Shown one piece after another: positions 1 through 9,296 of a stretch of DNA of 64,000 bases. Source of the stretch: an uncultured virus (IMG/VR IMGVR_UViG_2721755777_000003). Lineage: Duplodnaviria > Heunggongvirae > Uroviricota > Caudoviricetes. The notes under the pieces are model-generated. The model ran no database searches. It was not told the DNA's origin and was given only the letters and a program-made list of their open reading frames with translations. Each line of letters opens with the position of its first letter. Position 1 is the first letter of the stretch. The position numbers were made by a program, and so were the translations under genes. The stretch lies in the IMG/VR virus record IMGVR_UViG_2721755777_000003, positions 62,001-126,000 of that record. The stretch is one strand, 5' to 3'.

Positions 1-99
1 CAGAATAATATGCAATAATTTATTTTATTTTTATTCACGACAAATAACACATCCCTTATGTATGTGTTAAAATGTCTGCTGATTTGTCTTTAATCCTCA

Positions 100-255
100 T
101 TAGGATACCTTTGCTTTATATTTTGATCTAATCATTTCTGCTTCATTTTCAAGGTGATTATCTTCCTGGGAAATTTCTAAATTTATATCTCCCATTTCCA
201 TGTATCCCTTAGCCATTTCCTCATAAGAAAGTGCTTTCCCGAAATGCTTTTTCAT
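100..255 (-). CDS. aimX: AimX, 51-aa arbitrium effector (MazE-like, phi3T type)
   Basis: Not in ORF track; read manually: MKKHFGKALSYEEMAKGYMEMGDINLEISQEDNHLENEAEMIRSKYKAKVS; GGGGG RBS; directly downstream of aimP; closely resembles phi3T AimX as recalled. Confidence 0.9.
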   Translation of the reverse strand: MKKHFGKALSYEEMAKGYMEMGDINLEISQEDNHLENEAEMIRSKYKAKVS

Positions 256-267
256 TTTAATTCCCCC

Positions 268-304
268 ATGGTCTTATATTTGGTTTTATAAAATATAGGA
301 ACTT
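268..304 (-). promoter_or_regulatory. Probable AimR operator/aimX promoter region
   Basis: AAGTTCC-AT-rich spacer-AAGACCAT between the aimP terminator and aimX; position expected for the AimR box. Confidence 0.5.
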
Positions 305-317
305 CCCCTTTAAATTA

Positions 318-351
318 GAAAAGACGCCTGATCCTTTGGATCAAACGTCTA
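318..351 (-). terminator. Intrinsic terminator after aimP
   Basis: Hairpin AGACG..TGATCC/GGATCA..CGTCT followed by a T-tract on the minus strand. Confidence 0.7.
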
Positions 352-380
352 ACCGTTGACTATGTAAATTCCTAGTTGTG

Positions 381-506
381 TTATGCTCCTCTGCTAGCTG
401 AAGCCACTGTGATATCTCCGTTAGCAGTTTGGACTGATTGTTGTCCACTTACAAACCCTACAGTTAAAGCTAGTAAAATGACAATCGCGCAATTAAATTT
501 CTTCAT
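381..506 (-). CDS. aimP: AimP arbitrium pro-peptide, 41 aa; predicted mature signal SASRGA
   Basis: Read manually: MKKFNCAIVILLALTVGFVSGQQSVQTANGDITVASASRGA; signal peptide, C-terminal xxxRGA, AAGGAGGTG RBS, directly after aimR. Confidence 0.95.
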   Translation of the reverse strand: MKKFNCAIVILLALTVGFVSGQQSVQTANGDITVASASRGA

Positions 507-534
507 TCTTTCACCTCCTTTCAAGTGAAGAAAG

Positions 535-1689
535 CTAGAGCGCAATTAAATTTAATACTTCATCTGAGTATCCACGCTTTTTCAATTCAATCAAAGGTAG
601 ATTTAGACAGAGCCTATCGCCTGATTTTTTGAATTTCTTTATACTCTCGTGAAAATTGGACATATCATTATACAGCAAGCCCTTAACGTGATAAAGAAAC
701 CCTAAATCATCATCCAGAACATCATGTTCTTCAATTTTTTTAATAACATCTTCTGCTTTCTTAGTTTCTTTGATATTAGTCAAATAAAAAGCAGCTTCAA
801 TCATATCCGGTATTTCTTGAGACTCGAAATCTACCCATTTGTTTTCTCTCGCCCAGACATTATCTAAAAAGCAAAGTGCGAGTCGTAATTTATAATGATG
901 ATGGCTATTGTCTTTTGCAAAGTTCAAGCCTTTTTCATAGCATAGTTTTGCTTTAGCATAATCTTCAAAAATGTATGTATTCCCAAGTGTTAAATAACTA
1001 AATACAATCAATCTGTTATTATTGCATTCTTCAATTACAGCGCTACAATGTTTTCGGGTTTCTTCTAGTTCATAATCATTTAAGCTTATATTGGCCTTTA
1101 ACAGTTCAATTCGACCACTGTACGAATCTTTTATAAATCCATCAGACAGTTCGTCAATCTCCAGAAACTGAGCTGTACTTTTCATTAAGCCAAATTCTCC
1201 AATTTTCAAGTATTCGTACATAATCATAATATTCGAAAATGAATACATTTCAGGAGATTTAATTCTATATTTCCCAGTTTCCCGGATCGCTTCATTTATA
1301 GAAATTTTATTATTATTCAGTTTTCTATGTAGGGAATAAACCTGTCCCCATTCACGACTTATTGAATTAGATGATTCGCAAAGATTGCTTACGATCTTAT
1401 CAGTCAATGCATTCCATTGGTTTAAATCTGCATACTCGACAGACTGTCTTGCGCTTTTTTTATTGGGATCCAATGATAAGAAGTAGTCACTTAGAAGCTG
1501 CTCTTCATTATCCGGAAACAAGCTCTTAACAATATTAATTAAACCGCCTAAGTTGTCCATTTCTTTCTCTGGGGTGTTGATGAATTTGTAAAAACCATTA
1601 ACCTTTTCGTACCCTGCTATTTTTGAGAGTTTCGCTGCGAGCTGGTTGTCTTTTTCACATTCATTCTTAATCATCTGCTTAAGATTCAT
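535..1689 (-). CDS. aimR: AimR arbitrium peptide receptor/regulator (HTH + TPR)
   Basis: N-terminus MIKNECEKDNQLAAKL..GYEKVNGFYKF matches phi3T AimR as recalled; TPR-like helices; upstream of aimP. Confidence 0.95.
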   Translation of the reverse strand: MNLKQMIKNECEKDNQLAAKLSKIAGYEKVNGFYKFINTPEKEMDNLGGLINIVKSLFPDNEEQLLSDYFLSLDPNKKSARQSVEYADLNQWNALTDKIVSNLCESSNSISREWGQVYSLHRKLNNNKISINEAIRETGKYRIKSPEMYSFSNIMIMYEYLKIGEFGLMKSTAQFLEIDELSDGFIKDSYSGRIELLKANISLNDYELEETRKHCSAVIEECNNNRLIVFSYLTLGNTYIFEDYAKAKLCYEKGLNFAKDNSHHHYKLRLALCFLDNVWARENKWVDFESQEIPDMIEAAFYLTNIKETKKAEDVIKKIEEHDVLDDDLGFLYHVKGLLYNDMSNFHESIKKFKKSGDRLCLNLPLIELKKRGYSDEVLNLIAL

Positions 1690-1731
1690 TGGTTACTCCA
1701 CCCCTTCCCAACTAATGTTCCCTTGTTTATA

Positions 1732-1781
1732 ATATACATTAGAGTTGTCAGAATTACAAGTATTTATTTTATTTTTATTCT
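1732..1781 (-). promoter_or_regulatory. sigmaA-type promoter for aimR with an upstream SPbeta repeated element (SPbRE)
   Basis: Minus strand AGAATAAAAATAAAAT-6nt-TTGTAA-17nt-TATATT. Confidence 0.65.
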
Positions 1782-1887
1782 AATTATTTTTTAAGGAACC
1801 CTTATCTGTTTAAAATTCGTATTTTATATAAACCGGCACAATAAGAATCCTTACTGTGCCTTAAAGATATTTAGTCCGAGTTTATCT

Positions 1888-2229
1888 TTATTGCTCCTTA
1901 TCACCAGGCCAAATACACATTTCAATTTCACTTTTTAACTTCTTTTTTGTTTCTTCGTCTAATTTGTTATAGAGAGTGCGAAGAAGATTACGCTGATCAA
2001 TAATCATGTCAACTAAGACTGACCTGGTACGTTTATTTAAGCCCGCTTTTGTCAGTAGCCACTCGTCTTCATACCCAATAAGCTCAAGCAACACTGATTC
2101 AAGATCGCGTATCCGTTTTTCCATTTGATCTTTGTATTCAGCTCCTGCTCTAAAACCATTTTTAAACTCTTCATTATCAAATTTGTTCTTATTTAGATTA
2201 TTGATAAATGTTTCATCCATGTCCATCAA
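1888..2229 (-). CDS. Hypothetical phage protein
   Basis: 113-aa ORF with 4-bp overlap to the upstream gene. Confidence 0.7.
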   Translation of the reverse strand: MMDMDETFINNLNKNKFDNEEFKNGFRAGAEYKDQMEKRIRDLESVLLELIGYEDEWLLTKAGLNKRTRSVLVDMIIDQRNLLRTLYNKLDEETKKKLKSEIEMCIWPGDKEQ

Positions 2230-2771
2230 CCACCAAAATATGTGAAATCAAAATAGTACTCAGAGGCATTATCTTTAAACTTCATGTCAAGTAATAGCTC
2301 TACCCCTTCGTTCCCTCTTTCAACCGGTATCACGGAAACATCATGTGTACCTAATGGGTAACAATTTAAAAAGAGTTTAGCACTCTCTTCTCCTCTCTTT
2401 ATTGCTTTATCTATGCTGATATTTGAATTGTTTTCTTGAAATTCTTTATTAATACTTTGTAATACAAAAAATGCCTCAACTTTATCTTCAGATGCCCTGC
2501 TATTCGCAACAGTCCTATTTACTTTATGATCAAATGAATCTCCGATTAATGGCAATGTAAAAAGCTTAAACACTGTATCCTGAAGAATTTCTTTTTTACC
2601 TTTCTCATAAATATCAATGTAATACTCTTTATATAATATCTCATTAACAAATTCTTTTGTTTTTAAATCAACACTTTTTGAAGGATATTTCCCTTTTGGG
2701 GTTGCTACCAATAAAATAATGGATTCGTAATTCACACTAAGGCATTTTCTATAATGATTTAATTCTTCCAT
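2226..2771 (-). CDS. Hypothetical phage protein
   Basis: 181-aa ORF with GGGAGAAGG RBS. Confidence 0.75.
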   Translation of the reverse strand: MEELNHYRKCLSVNYESIILLVATPKGKYPSKSVDLKTKEFVNEILYKEYYIDIYEKGKKEILQDTVFKLFTLPLIGDSFDHKVNRTVANSRASEDKVEAFFVLQSINKEFQENNSNISIDKAIKRGEESAKLFLNCYPLGTHDVSVIPVERGNEGVELLLDMKFKDNASEYYFDFTYFGG

Positions 2772-2824
2772 TCTAAAACCTTCTCCCTTTACATTACATT
2801 AATTTTTATTTAGACTTCTGTTTT

Positions 2825-2956
2825 TTAAATTCTCTTCCATTCAACATACTCAAATCGCTGCTGATAAAGGTCTTCCAGGATTGCGGCCCATTCAACCCAG
2901 CCATCCGCAACAATACTTTTCTTCTCCCCATCCTCAATCCATTCAATCCAGTACAC
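2825..2956 (-). CDS. yopG: YopG-like 43-aa protein
   Basis: Read manually (GTG start): MYWIEWIEDGEKKSIVADGWVEWAAILEDLYQQRFEYVEWKRI; follows yopF; GAGGAG RBS. Confidence 0.8.
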   Translation of the reverse strand: MYWIEWIEDGEKKSIVADGWVEWAAILEDLYQQRFEYVEWKRI

Positions 2957-2967
2957 CTGAACACTCC

Positions 2968-3183
2968 TCACCTAGTAATAACTTCAATTTGTCTTATGGC
3001 AGAGGTTGCTTTAAACTCTGTATGCAACTCGTTTGCGATTACTAAAGCTTCTGACATTGTAGTGAACTTAGAAGCGCCATGAAGCCTCTTAGATGTCTTA
3101 TAACCACTTCCATCTAATTTAAATGACTTGAAGTAATCATCATTTTCAAATTGAATAACAAAAAAGGTATCGATAACCGGCAT
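2968..3183 (-). CDS. yopF: YopF-like protein
   Basis: 71 aa; recalled sequence and synteny with SPbeta yopE-F-G. Confidence 0.75.
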   Translation of the reverse strand: MPVIDTFFVIQFENDDYFKSFKLDGSGYKTSKRLHGASKFTTMSEALVIANELHTEFKATSAIRQIEVITR

Positions 3184-3185
3184 AG

Positions 3186-3437
3186 CTAACTCCTCTTCAA
3201 CAGACCAGCAATTTTTATGGCCAGTGGCAGCAATCCAATTAATATGTAAAACACCATGATATTTATTTTATTCTTAAAGAACAGTTCAATCATATTCTGC
3301 TCCATACCTGGTGAAAATGAATCAATCAGTTCCTGCTTAAACTCTTCATCATAAACCTGATCAACAAATAAGGCCTTAAATCCTGTCAGAAAGCCTACAC
3401 CAAGCCAGAGTATTAAGAAATATGCTATTCCAATCAA
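3186..3437 (-). CDS. yopE: YopE-like membrane protein
   Basis: 83 aa, two hydrophobic segments, FVDQVYDEEFK motif. Confidence 0.8.
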   Translation of the reverse strand: MIGIAYFLILWLGVGFLTGFKALFVDQVYDEEFKQELIDSFSPGMEQNMIELFFKNKINIMVFYILIGLLPLAIKIAGLLKRS

Positions 3438-3507
3438 ATTAAAGCCCTCCTTATATACATCGTCTGGTATTATAGTAGTGTTAAATACTTTGTGTAGGTG
3501 AAATTTA

Positions 3508-3690
3508 ATGGAAGAGAAAGATTTTGAGACTAATGGCTACGATGTAACAATTGTATATGATTATAAGGAGTATCCCGATGTTAAATATGGACGCTGTGAC
3601 AACTGTGATTACGCTTTATTCAAGAGTTCAGTGAAAAGTGGTGTGTTTTTACGTGAGTGTCGTAGGTGTGGTATGAAGAAGAGCATTTAA
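3508..3690 (+). CDS. Small zinc-ribbon protein on the opposite strand to its neighbours
   Basis: CDNC...CRRC; AGGTGA RBS; TGgTATTAT upstream; hairpin at ~3679-3702. Confidence 0.7.
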   Translation: MEEKDFETNGYDVTIVYDYKEYPDVKYGRCDNCDYALFKSSVKSGVFLRECRRCGMKKSI

Positions 3691-3700
3691 ATGCTCTTTT

Positions 3701-3943
3701 TTATTTCACTGGAATCATGTAGCTTACATATACTTCAATTCCGTCTTCAGTTTTATATTCCGCAATCCTGTCTGGATCAGCTTCAATCTTCTCTATTAGT
3801 CGTTTCGCATCCTTATTCCTCTTTGCAGTATTGGCAACAACAATCCAAGACCAATAATTCCATTCAGAGATATAGGACTTAATCTTTTCTGGTATCTTGT
3901 GACCTTTTGTGTAAACCTTGATCATTTGCATACTCCCCTCCAA
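3701..3943 (-). CDS. Hypothetical phage protein
   Basis: ORF in the early operon; GGAGGGG RBS suggests a start near 3931. Confidence 0.7.
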   Translation of the reverse strand: MEGSMQMIKVYTKGHKIPEKIKSYISEWNYWSWIVVANTAKRNKDAKRLIEKIEADPDRIAEYKTEDGIEVYVSYMIPVK

Positions 3944-3947
3944 ATCT

Positions 3948-4175
3948 TCATTTAATCCAATAAGCCGGCGGAACGCTCAATACTTTATTCTGTTCGTCCA
4001 AGTATGCATATTTCCTTTCCCAATCACTTTTCTTCCATGCTTCTTGATTGGTGAATGACGTATCTAAAGGCTTTGGATATTCTCCGTTCACCCATCCATC
4101 TTCAATATGATTTAGTTTGGCTTCGTTGCCTTTATCATCGTATTTGTACCAGACAGTAATCATTTTGGCTGCCAT
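3948..4175 (-). CDS. Hypothetical phage protein
   Basis: 75-aa ORF, GGAGTGG RBS. Confidence 0.7.
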   Translation of the reverse strand: MAAKMITVWYKYDDKGNEAKLNHIEDGWVNGEYPKPLDTSFTNQEAWKKSDWERKYAYLDEQNKVLSVPPAYWIK

Positions 4176-4204
4176 AAGTCATCCACTCCCTAAAGATCGT
4201 AGTT

Positions 4205-4813
4205 TTATCTTAAACTCAATAATCTACTCATTTGCTCCCTTAATATAAACAGCTTGGATGTTTTAAATTGTTTTACTTGATAGTCCATGATATAACATTC
4301 TGATAACCATTCAGGTATGTATCCAAAATGCTGCTCACCCAATATTATCCTCTGTAAAGCTAATTCAATTTTCATTTTCACCCAATAATAACTTGAATAA
4401 TAACTTATATACTTGAAATTATCATAAGGTTGTCCATCATGCTCTAAAATTTCTTTATATTGATTGACATAACAATCATCTTTTCCAGTATGTGAAGTAT
4501 TCCTCACCCAAATAGTTTGGTCGTTTGCTTCCCAATAAGCTACATTTTTTCTATGCCCTTGTCTCATAACAAGTGCACCTTTGTTTAACAGGTCTTTATT
4601 ATACTTCTCCAAAAAAACAAAGCAGCCTTTCCAATTTTCATCATCTTTTATGGGATTAATAAAGTCACTTTCACTTACAACTGCATTTACCTTTTCAAGA
4701 TCAGTCACTTCATAGTTTATAAACGGCATTACATGTGGAAAAGAAGTCGAATTATAAGGAGTGGTTTTAAAGCCATTATTATGAAATCTGATTAATTTTA
4801 CATATTGCCTCAT
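4205..4813 (-). CDS. Hypothetical protein
   Basis: 202-aa ORF abutting the upstream gene. Confidence 0.7.
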   Translation of the reverse strand: MRQYVKLIRFHNNGFKTTPYNSTSFPHVMPFINYEVTDLEKVNAVVSESDFINPIKDDENWKGCFVFLEKYNKDLLNKGALVMRQGHRKNVAYWEANDQTIWVRNTSHTGKDDCYVNQYKEILEHDGQPYDNFKYISYYSSYYWVKMKIELALQRIILGEQHFGYIPEWLSECYIMDYQVKQFKTSKLFILREQMSRLLSLR

Positions 4814-4814
4814 T

Positions 4815-5351
4815 TTATCTCACTAATTCCAATGATCTTACTCTATTGTTATAGTTAGTCCAGCCCTTTGCTATTAGTATAATTTGATTAATGTCAATGC
4901 ACTGGCTTACGATGAATCCACCCCAATAATAATCGACTGACTGTTTAAAGAACTCAGTTGTAAATTCCACACCAAAATCCTCAATAATTTGCATGAATTC
5001 CTTAAATTCTTTGATGGCAAAGTGCCTGTTAGAGTCTTCGATAAGGTCAGGGTGTACAATATCATCAATAAAGTACGCTGTTCTATTTCTAAGGTTAAAT
5101 TCAACTTTGAATTGCCGGCCTTCAATCTCCAAATCATTGGCTGTAATAAGATCAGCACTGATTTTCTCAAAATAAATTTCGCCTTTTGATATTCTTAATA
5201 ATTCTGAAATATTTTTGAATATATTTTCTGTTGAAATTAAAAATTCTTGTTTAGAGATTTCCTTTAAACTGCTAGTTATAATGCTAATTTTAATCCACTC
5301 CATTTCAGTTAAAAGAATGATTTTATTCAGTAACACCATTTTCATATTCAA
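4815..5351 (-). CDS. Hypothetical protein
   Basis: 178-aa ORF; start uncertain. Confidence 0.65.
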   Translation of the reverse strand: MNMKMVLLNKIILLTEMEWIKISIITSSLKEISKQEFLISTENIFKNISELLRISKGEIYFEKISADLITANDLEIEGRQFKVEFNLRNRTAYFIDDIVHPDLIEDSNRHFAIKEFKEFMQIIEDFGVEFTTEFFKQSVDYYWGGFIVSQCIDINQIILIAKGWTNYNNRVRSLELVR

Positions 5352-5712
5352 GGTTGTATGTTGCTATTTCGTGTACTCCTATATCCCCTGCAAAGTTTCC
5401 ATCCTCATGTTCCTGTTGTAAATAAACCTCTTTATCTTTTTCAAAGATTTCTCTTGCTTCATCTAATTCAGTTACAGCTTGCGATCCCATTCGATCTGTT
5501 ACAGTAAATACTAAGCACCGTTTTAACTCGGTACCATCTTTAAGGACTACGTCTGCCATGACGTACCCATTTGGCTTTAGTTCGCCAATTTCATTACGTC
5601 TTTTATCGATTGCCTCTTGAAGAACCACAGAAACAGTATTGTTATCAGACTCACTTAAAGCCATTTCTAATTCTTCAATTTCCTCAAGTAGTACTTGAAT
5701 TTCCTCTCTCAT
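5323..5712 (-). CDS. Acidic hypothetical protein
   Basis: 129 aa, AAGGAG RBS. Confidence 0.75.
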   Translation of the reverse strand: MREEIQVLLEEIEELEMALSESDNNTVSVVLQEAIDKRRNEIGELKPNGYVMADVVLKDGTELKRCLVFTVTDRMGSQAVTELDEAREIFEKDKEVYLQQEHEDGNFAGDIGVHEIATYNLEYENGVTE

Positions 5713-5740
5713 TCTTCATCTCTCCTTTTTAATATACGCC

Positions 5741-6115
5741 CTATGAAACCCATAAAAATTTCTCATTGTTGCACCTTAAATCACCTAAAATGGTTACAGC
5801 ATCGCCAATATCATACAAACAATCAAGGTATTCGTTTAAAGCATCTGCCCAGCTATCAAAATCGAATTCAGTGGATTCTTCACCATTTTCAATTGACTGT
5901 TTGATCCATTCAAAGTTCTCAACAACTATTTTAAAGTCATCTAGAAAAATTTCATCTAGAGCATTATTGTTTCCTTTTTCAATTCGTCGTTCTTCTTTCC
6001 TGAGTATGTATTTCAATTCAGGAAGCACATTTTTCGCAACCTCATGTACAGCATCATTTGTTTCTTTGTTTGTAAGGTATTGCTTGATATTAATTTGATT
6101 TCTCCATTTTGGCAT
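5741..6115 (-). CDS. Hypothetical protein
   Basis: 124 aa, AAGGGG RBS. Confidence 0.75.
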   Translation of the reverse strand: MPKWRNQINIKQYLTNKETNDAVHEVAKNVLPELKYILRKEERRIEKGNNNALDEIFLDDFKIVVENFEWIKQSIENGEESTEFDFDSWADALNEYLDCLYDIGDAVTILGDLRCNNEKFLWVS

Positions 6116-6238
6116 TTCTATATTCCCCTTTCATGTGTGGTTTTCACCTTCTAATTTTGTAAAAGTACGATTTTAAAAAAAGCCTGCAATTATCCTTCAT
6201 GTCTACATTGCAGGCCTCAATTCTCACTTAGTTCTGCC

Positions 6239-6481
6239 CTAGTTTTGCTTTACTCTTTCAACGAATCTTGATGCTAACTCCCTGTATATTACTTCACTAA
6301 TCATATGTAGTTGAGTGATATTCGTATTAAAAGTATCATGTAAATTTCTAACCTTTCCCTGCTCTAGGACACCTGATTCCCGCCACTGTTTTAATTCATT
6401 AAAGCAATCTGCTAGAAAGGTATCCGTTTGCTCTTTTAAATGTTGTTCTAAATTATTCAATCTCTCCACTCTCTTTTCCAT
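6239..6481 (-). CDS. Hypothetical protein
   Basis: 80 aa; own promoter upstream; hairpin terminator ~6175-6217. Confidence 0.75.
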   Translation of the reverse strand: MEKRVERLNNLEQHLKEQTDTFLADCFNELKQWRESGVLEQGKVRNLHDTFNTNITQLHMISEVIYRELASRFVERVKQN

Positions 6482-6513
6482 TGTTTTTTAATGTTTCCTT
6501 AACTTGTAACTTT

Positions 6514-6542
6514 AATATACCATGATCACTTAAAGTGATCAA
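6514..6542 (-). promoter_or_regulatory. sigmaA promoter containing a perfect palindromic operator
   Basis: TTGATC-17nt-(TG)TATATT; TGATCACTT-A-AAGTGATCA (6523-6541) overlaps -35 and spacer. Confidence 0.75.
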
Positions 6543-6549
6543 TATCTTT

Positions 6550-6753
6550 TTAATCTTTTTTGTAAATCAACAGCTCATGTAGCTCAATGTCTAAATATGT
6601 ACAGACTTTATCCAACAGATCCCTTGGGTACCGCTCCATTTCGTCATGATACAGCTTTCTAACTGTGTTAAAACCATGGTCAATATCATTGGACAGCTTT
6701 CGAATACTGATATTCCTTTCATCTAATATTGGCTTTAAATTTGATTTAATCAA
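6550..6753 (-). CDS. yopB: YopB-like Cro/XRE HTH regulator
   Basis: [47 protein letters not shown] start after GAGGT RBS. Confidence 0.85.
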   Translation of the reverse strand: MIKSNLKPILDERNISIRKLSNDIDHGFNTVRKLYHDEMERYPRDLLDKVCTYLDIELHELLIYKKD

Positions 6754-6846
6754 TATTACTACCTCGCATTCATTATGTATGATCACTTTAAATTATCATT
6801 ATATCCATAAAAAAGGTCAAGGATATACCTTGACTATGTATTAAGC

Positions 6847-7284
6847 TTACCAATCAAATGAATCTTCATGTTCAAATCCATAAATACCTTTAATCCACAC
6901 ATCTCCACATCCTGGATTCTTTGTAATCTCTAACACATGATTACGATTTGCATCTCCCTCTACTCGATCTGCAGCAGTATAGTCGGCATAGTTCCCTACA
7001 AACTGCTTTTCACTACGTGGGAATACCCAGCCAGCAAGAGTTATCCTACTGATTTTCATATTTAGAGTACACCCCTCAGCATTGCTAATTGTGAATTTGT
7101 AGAAGAGCCAAGTGCGATCGTAATTCCGATCAAAATAATCTGCCATTGAGAAACTCTCTGAATCCTCACTCATATGAAAATTCACATTTTTGTAGTCTAA
7201 GGTAAGCTTCGCCTCAGCACTTGGTGTCGTGAAACACGAGATGAAACCAATGCAAATTACAGCCAAAAAGATTAGCTTTTTCAT
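6847..7284 (-). CDS. Secreted protein of unknown function
   Basis: Sec signal peptide MKKLIFLAVICIGFISCFTTPSAEA; beta-rich mature part. Confidence 0.75.
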   Translation of the reverse strand: MKKLIFLAVICIGFISCFTTPSAEAKLTLDYKNVNFHMSEDSESFSMADYFDRNYDRTWLFYKFTISNAEGCTLNMKISRITLAGWVFPRSEKQFVGNYADYTAADRVEGDANRNHVLEITKNPGCGDVWIKGIYGFEHEDSFDW

Positions 7285-7380
7285 TCTCTCTCCCCCTTTT
7301 CCAAATTATACTATATTTGAAATAAAGGCGAAAGAACAGGCAGAAGCTTCGTGATTCATCTGTATTCTTCATGATATAGC

Positions 7381-7430
7381 TAGATATACATGTATCTATG
7401 AATATCTACATGTATTTATAAGTATCTATA
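7381..7430. repeat. 10-bp-phased degenerate tandem repeat (nnTATCTAyr)
   Basis: TAGATATACA TGTATCTATG AATATCTACA TGTATTTATA AGTATCTATA. Confidence 0.6.
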
Positions 7431-7588
7431 CCTCCCTACACCATACAAATATACCTTATTGAGAACAAAAATATTTATTTTAGTTCATTTTTAAGAACAA
7501 TTCTTCCATTTCTATGATATAATCATCACTGCTTATAAGTAGCCTTACTGCTTATTCGCCATATGGTATAGGAAAGAGGTTCTTAAAA

Positions 7589-8680
7589 ATGAACGTAAAG
7601 CATTTTAATTGTTTCTTTGTTATCAGGCTGTTTGCTGCTCTGTGTGTGCTGGTTGGCCATGCTACAAGAGACTTAAACATTTCTGTCCTTGGTTATACCC
7701 CAGAGAGTAAAGCATTGTTTCACACCGGCATATCAATCTTCTTTTTTCTAAGCGCATTTTTTCTTTTCACTTCTTATGAAAGATCCAGGCTTAAAGGAAA
7801 TAATGTAACCGATTTTTATTGGAGCCGTATTATCAGGATCTCACCCGCAATATACACCTATGCTATTGCCTCCACGGTACTGTTAATTGTTTTAGGAGCT
7901 CTTTCATTCTCAGTGTTCACTGCTAAAGAGTACTGGATATGGCTTCTGAGCAATCTTGTGCTATACCCTCAATACTTCCCTGATATATTCAAACATATTG
8001 GCACAGGTCGCCTTAACGATTCACTTTGGACAATTCCTGTTCAGATTAGCTTTTACTTGGTGTTACCCGTAATGTATTGGTTTTATAAACGTTTCGGATT
8101 CAAAAAAATGATTCTTTGCTCTTTTACTGTTGCCGCTTTCAGTGTGTTAGTCTCTTTCATTATTTTAAAGTTCGCGCCTGGCAGTGTGTTCGGTAACCTG
8201 TACTTACATTCTTTCCTGCCACAGATGTTTTATTTCACTTTGGGCATCTTCTGGGCAAAGGCATGGAGTAAGTCATCACAGCATATTGTTTTATTTTTGT
8301 CTTCGGTAATTTTATTTTTACTTATTAAGGCAGATCCCATGCATCTTAGTTCAATAAACAGTACACTATGGAACTTTTTATGGTTTGTGCCGTTAAGCTA
8401 TGCGATCGTTTGGTTCGGGTACAATGGGCCGAAAATATTTTGGCAGCTGAACCGGTTAGATGATATCAGTATGGGGATTTTCATATGGCACATGGTGATC
8501 ATCAACATCTTCTTGTACACTGGAATTAATAAAACACTGTCTGATTACCCGCTGATAATAGCCCTAATTGCTGTTACTGCTGCATCCGCATTTCTTTCGT
8601 ACAGAATCGTGGAAAAACCCGCTCTTAAATTACGTAATATCAAGAAAAACAAACCAGTCAAAACGAAGATTGCGAGCTAA
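7589..8680 (+). CDS. Membrane O-acyltransferase, acyltransferase-3 (OafA-like) family
   Basis: RLFAALCVLVGH, FFFLSAF, R-I-I-R-I-S-P, LWTIP.Q..FY, ISMGIFIWH, SYRIVEKP motifs; about 10 TM helices. Confidence 0.9.
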   Translation: MNVKHFNCFFVIRLFAALCVLVGHATRDLNISVLGYTPESKALFHTGISIFFFLSAFFLFTSYERSRLKGNNVTDFYWSRIIRISPAIYTYAIASTVLLIVLGALSFSVFTAKEYWIWLLSNLVLYPQYFPDIFKHIGTGRLNDSLWTIPVQISFYLVLPVMYWFYKRFGFKKMILCSFTVAAFSVLVSFIILKFAPGSVFGNLYLHSFLPQMFYFTLGIFWAKAWSKSSQHIVLFLSSVILFLLIKADPMHLSSINSTLWNFLWFVPLSYAIVWFGYNGPKIFWQLNRLDDISMGIFIWHMVIINIFLYTGINKTLSDYPLIIALIAVTAASAFLSYRIVEKPALKLRNIKKNKPVKTKIAS

Positions 8681-8763
8681 TGGCCAAGGGCTGTTCATGT
8701 AGGCAGCCCGTGTTCCATTTAGCATGAAATGGTGTTTTTATTTAAGGTTGGAAGATTAGCGTT

Positions 8764-8874
8764 TCATCCAATAACTTTGATATTTTCGCTTTCACAGGAT
8801 GGACAGTCCTCATCAAAGTCATCGCCAATCCATCTATACTCACACTCTTCACACTTGATTAGTAGCTCATCCAT
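8764..8874 (-). CDS. 36-aa zinc-ribbon microprotein
   Basis: Read manually: MDELLIKCEECEYRWIGDDFDEDCPSCESENIKVIG; AAGGAG RBS. Confidence 0.6.
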   Translation of the reverse strand: MDELLIKCEECEYRWIGDDFDEDCPSCESENIKVIG

Positions 8875-9020
8875 TGTTCATCTCTCCTTTTTTATTCTGT
8901 TTCATAAACAACAGATGTCTTTTCATTTTCGTTTACCGGTTGTATCGATAAGTTGTTTGGCTCGCACCGATACCTCTAGGTAGAAAAAACGTTCATTACC
9001 ACAATCATTACATTTAGCCA

Positions 9021-9251
9021 TTACTCCGCAGCCTCCTCTGCATATAAATCATAATAATTTTGTTTAATTAAATATTTACTCTTTCCTAGACGATGACTTT
9101 CACTACAAACAGTTTCTCTTGTTTTCTTGTCAAGAACAGAGGTAGACCCTGCTCTATGCCTTGTTTTTAAAACCCTGCTATTGGTATGCTTTAAATACCA
9201 TTTTTTAAATAAATCATATTCTTCCACCGACACTTCTTTCATTACTGCCAT
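9021..9251 (-). CDS. Hypothetical protein
   Basis: 76 aa, AGGAG RBS. Confidence 0.7.
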   Translation of the reverse strand: MAVMKEVSVEEYDLFKKWYLKHTNSRVLKTRHRAGSTSVLDKKTRETVCSESHRLGKSKYLIKQNYYDLYAEEAAE

Positions 9252-9296
9252 TACTTCATCATCTCCTGTATAAAATTGTTGTTTTATTCTTACTTG

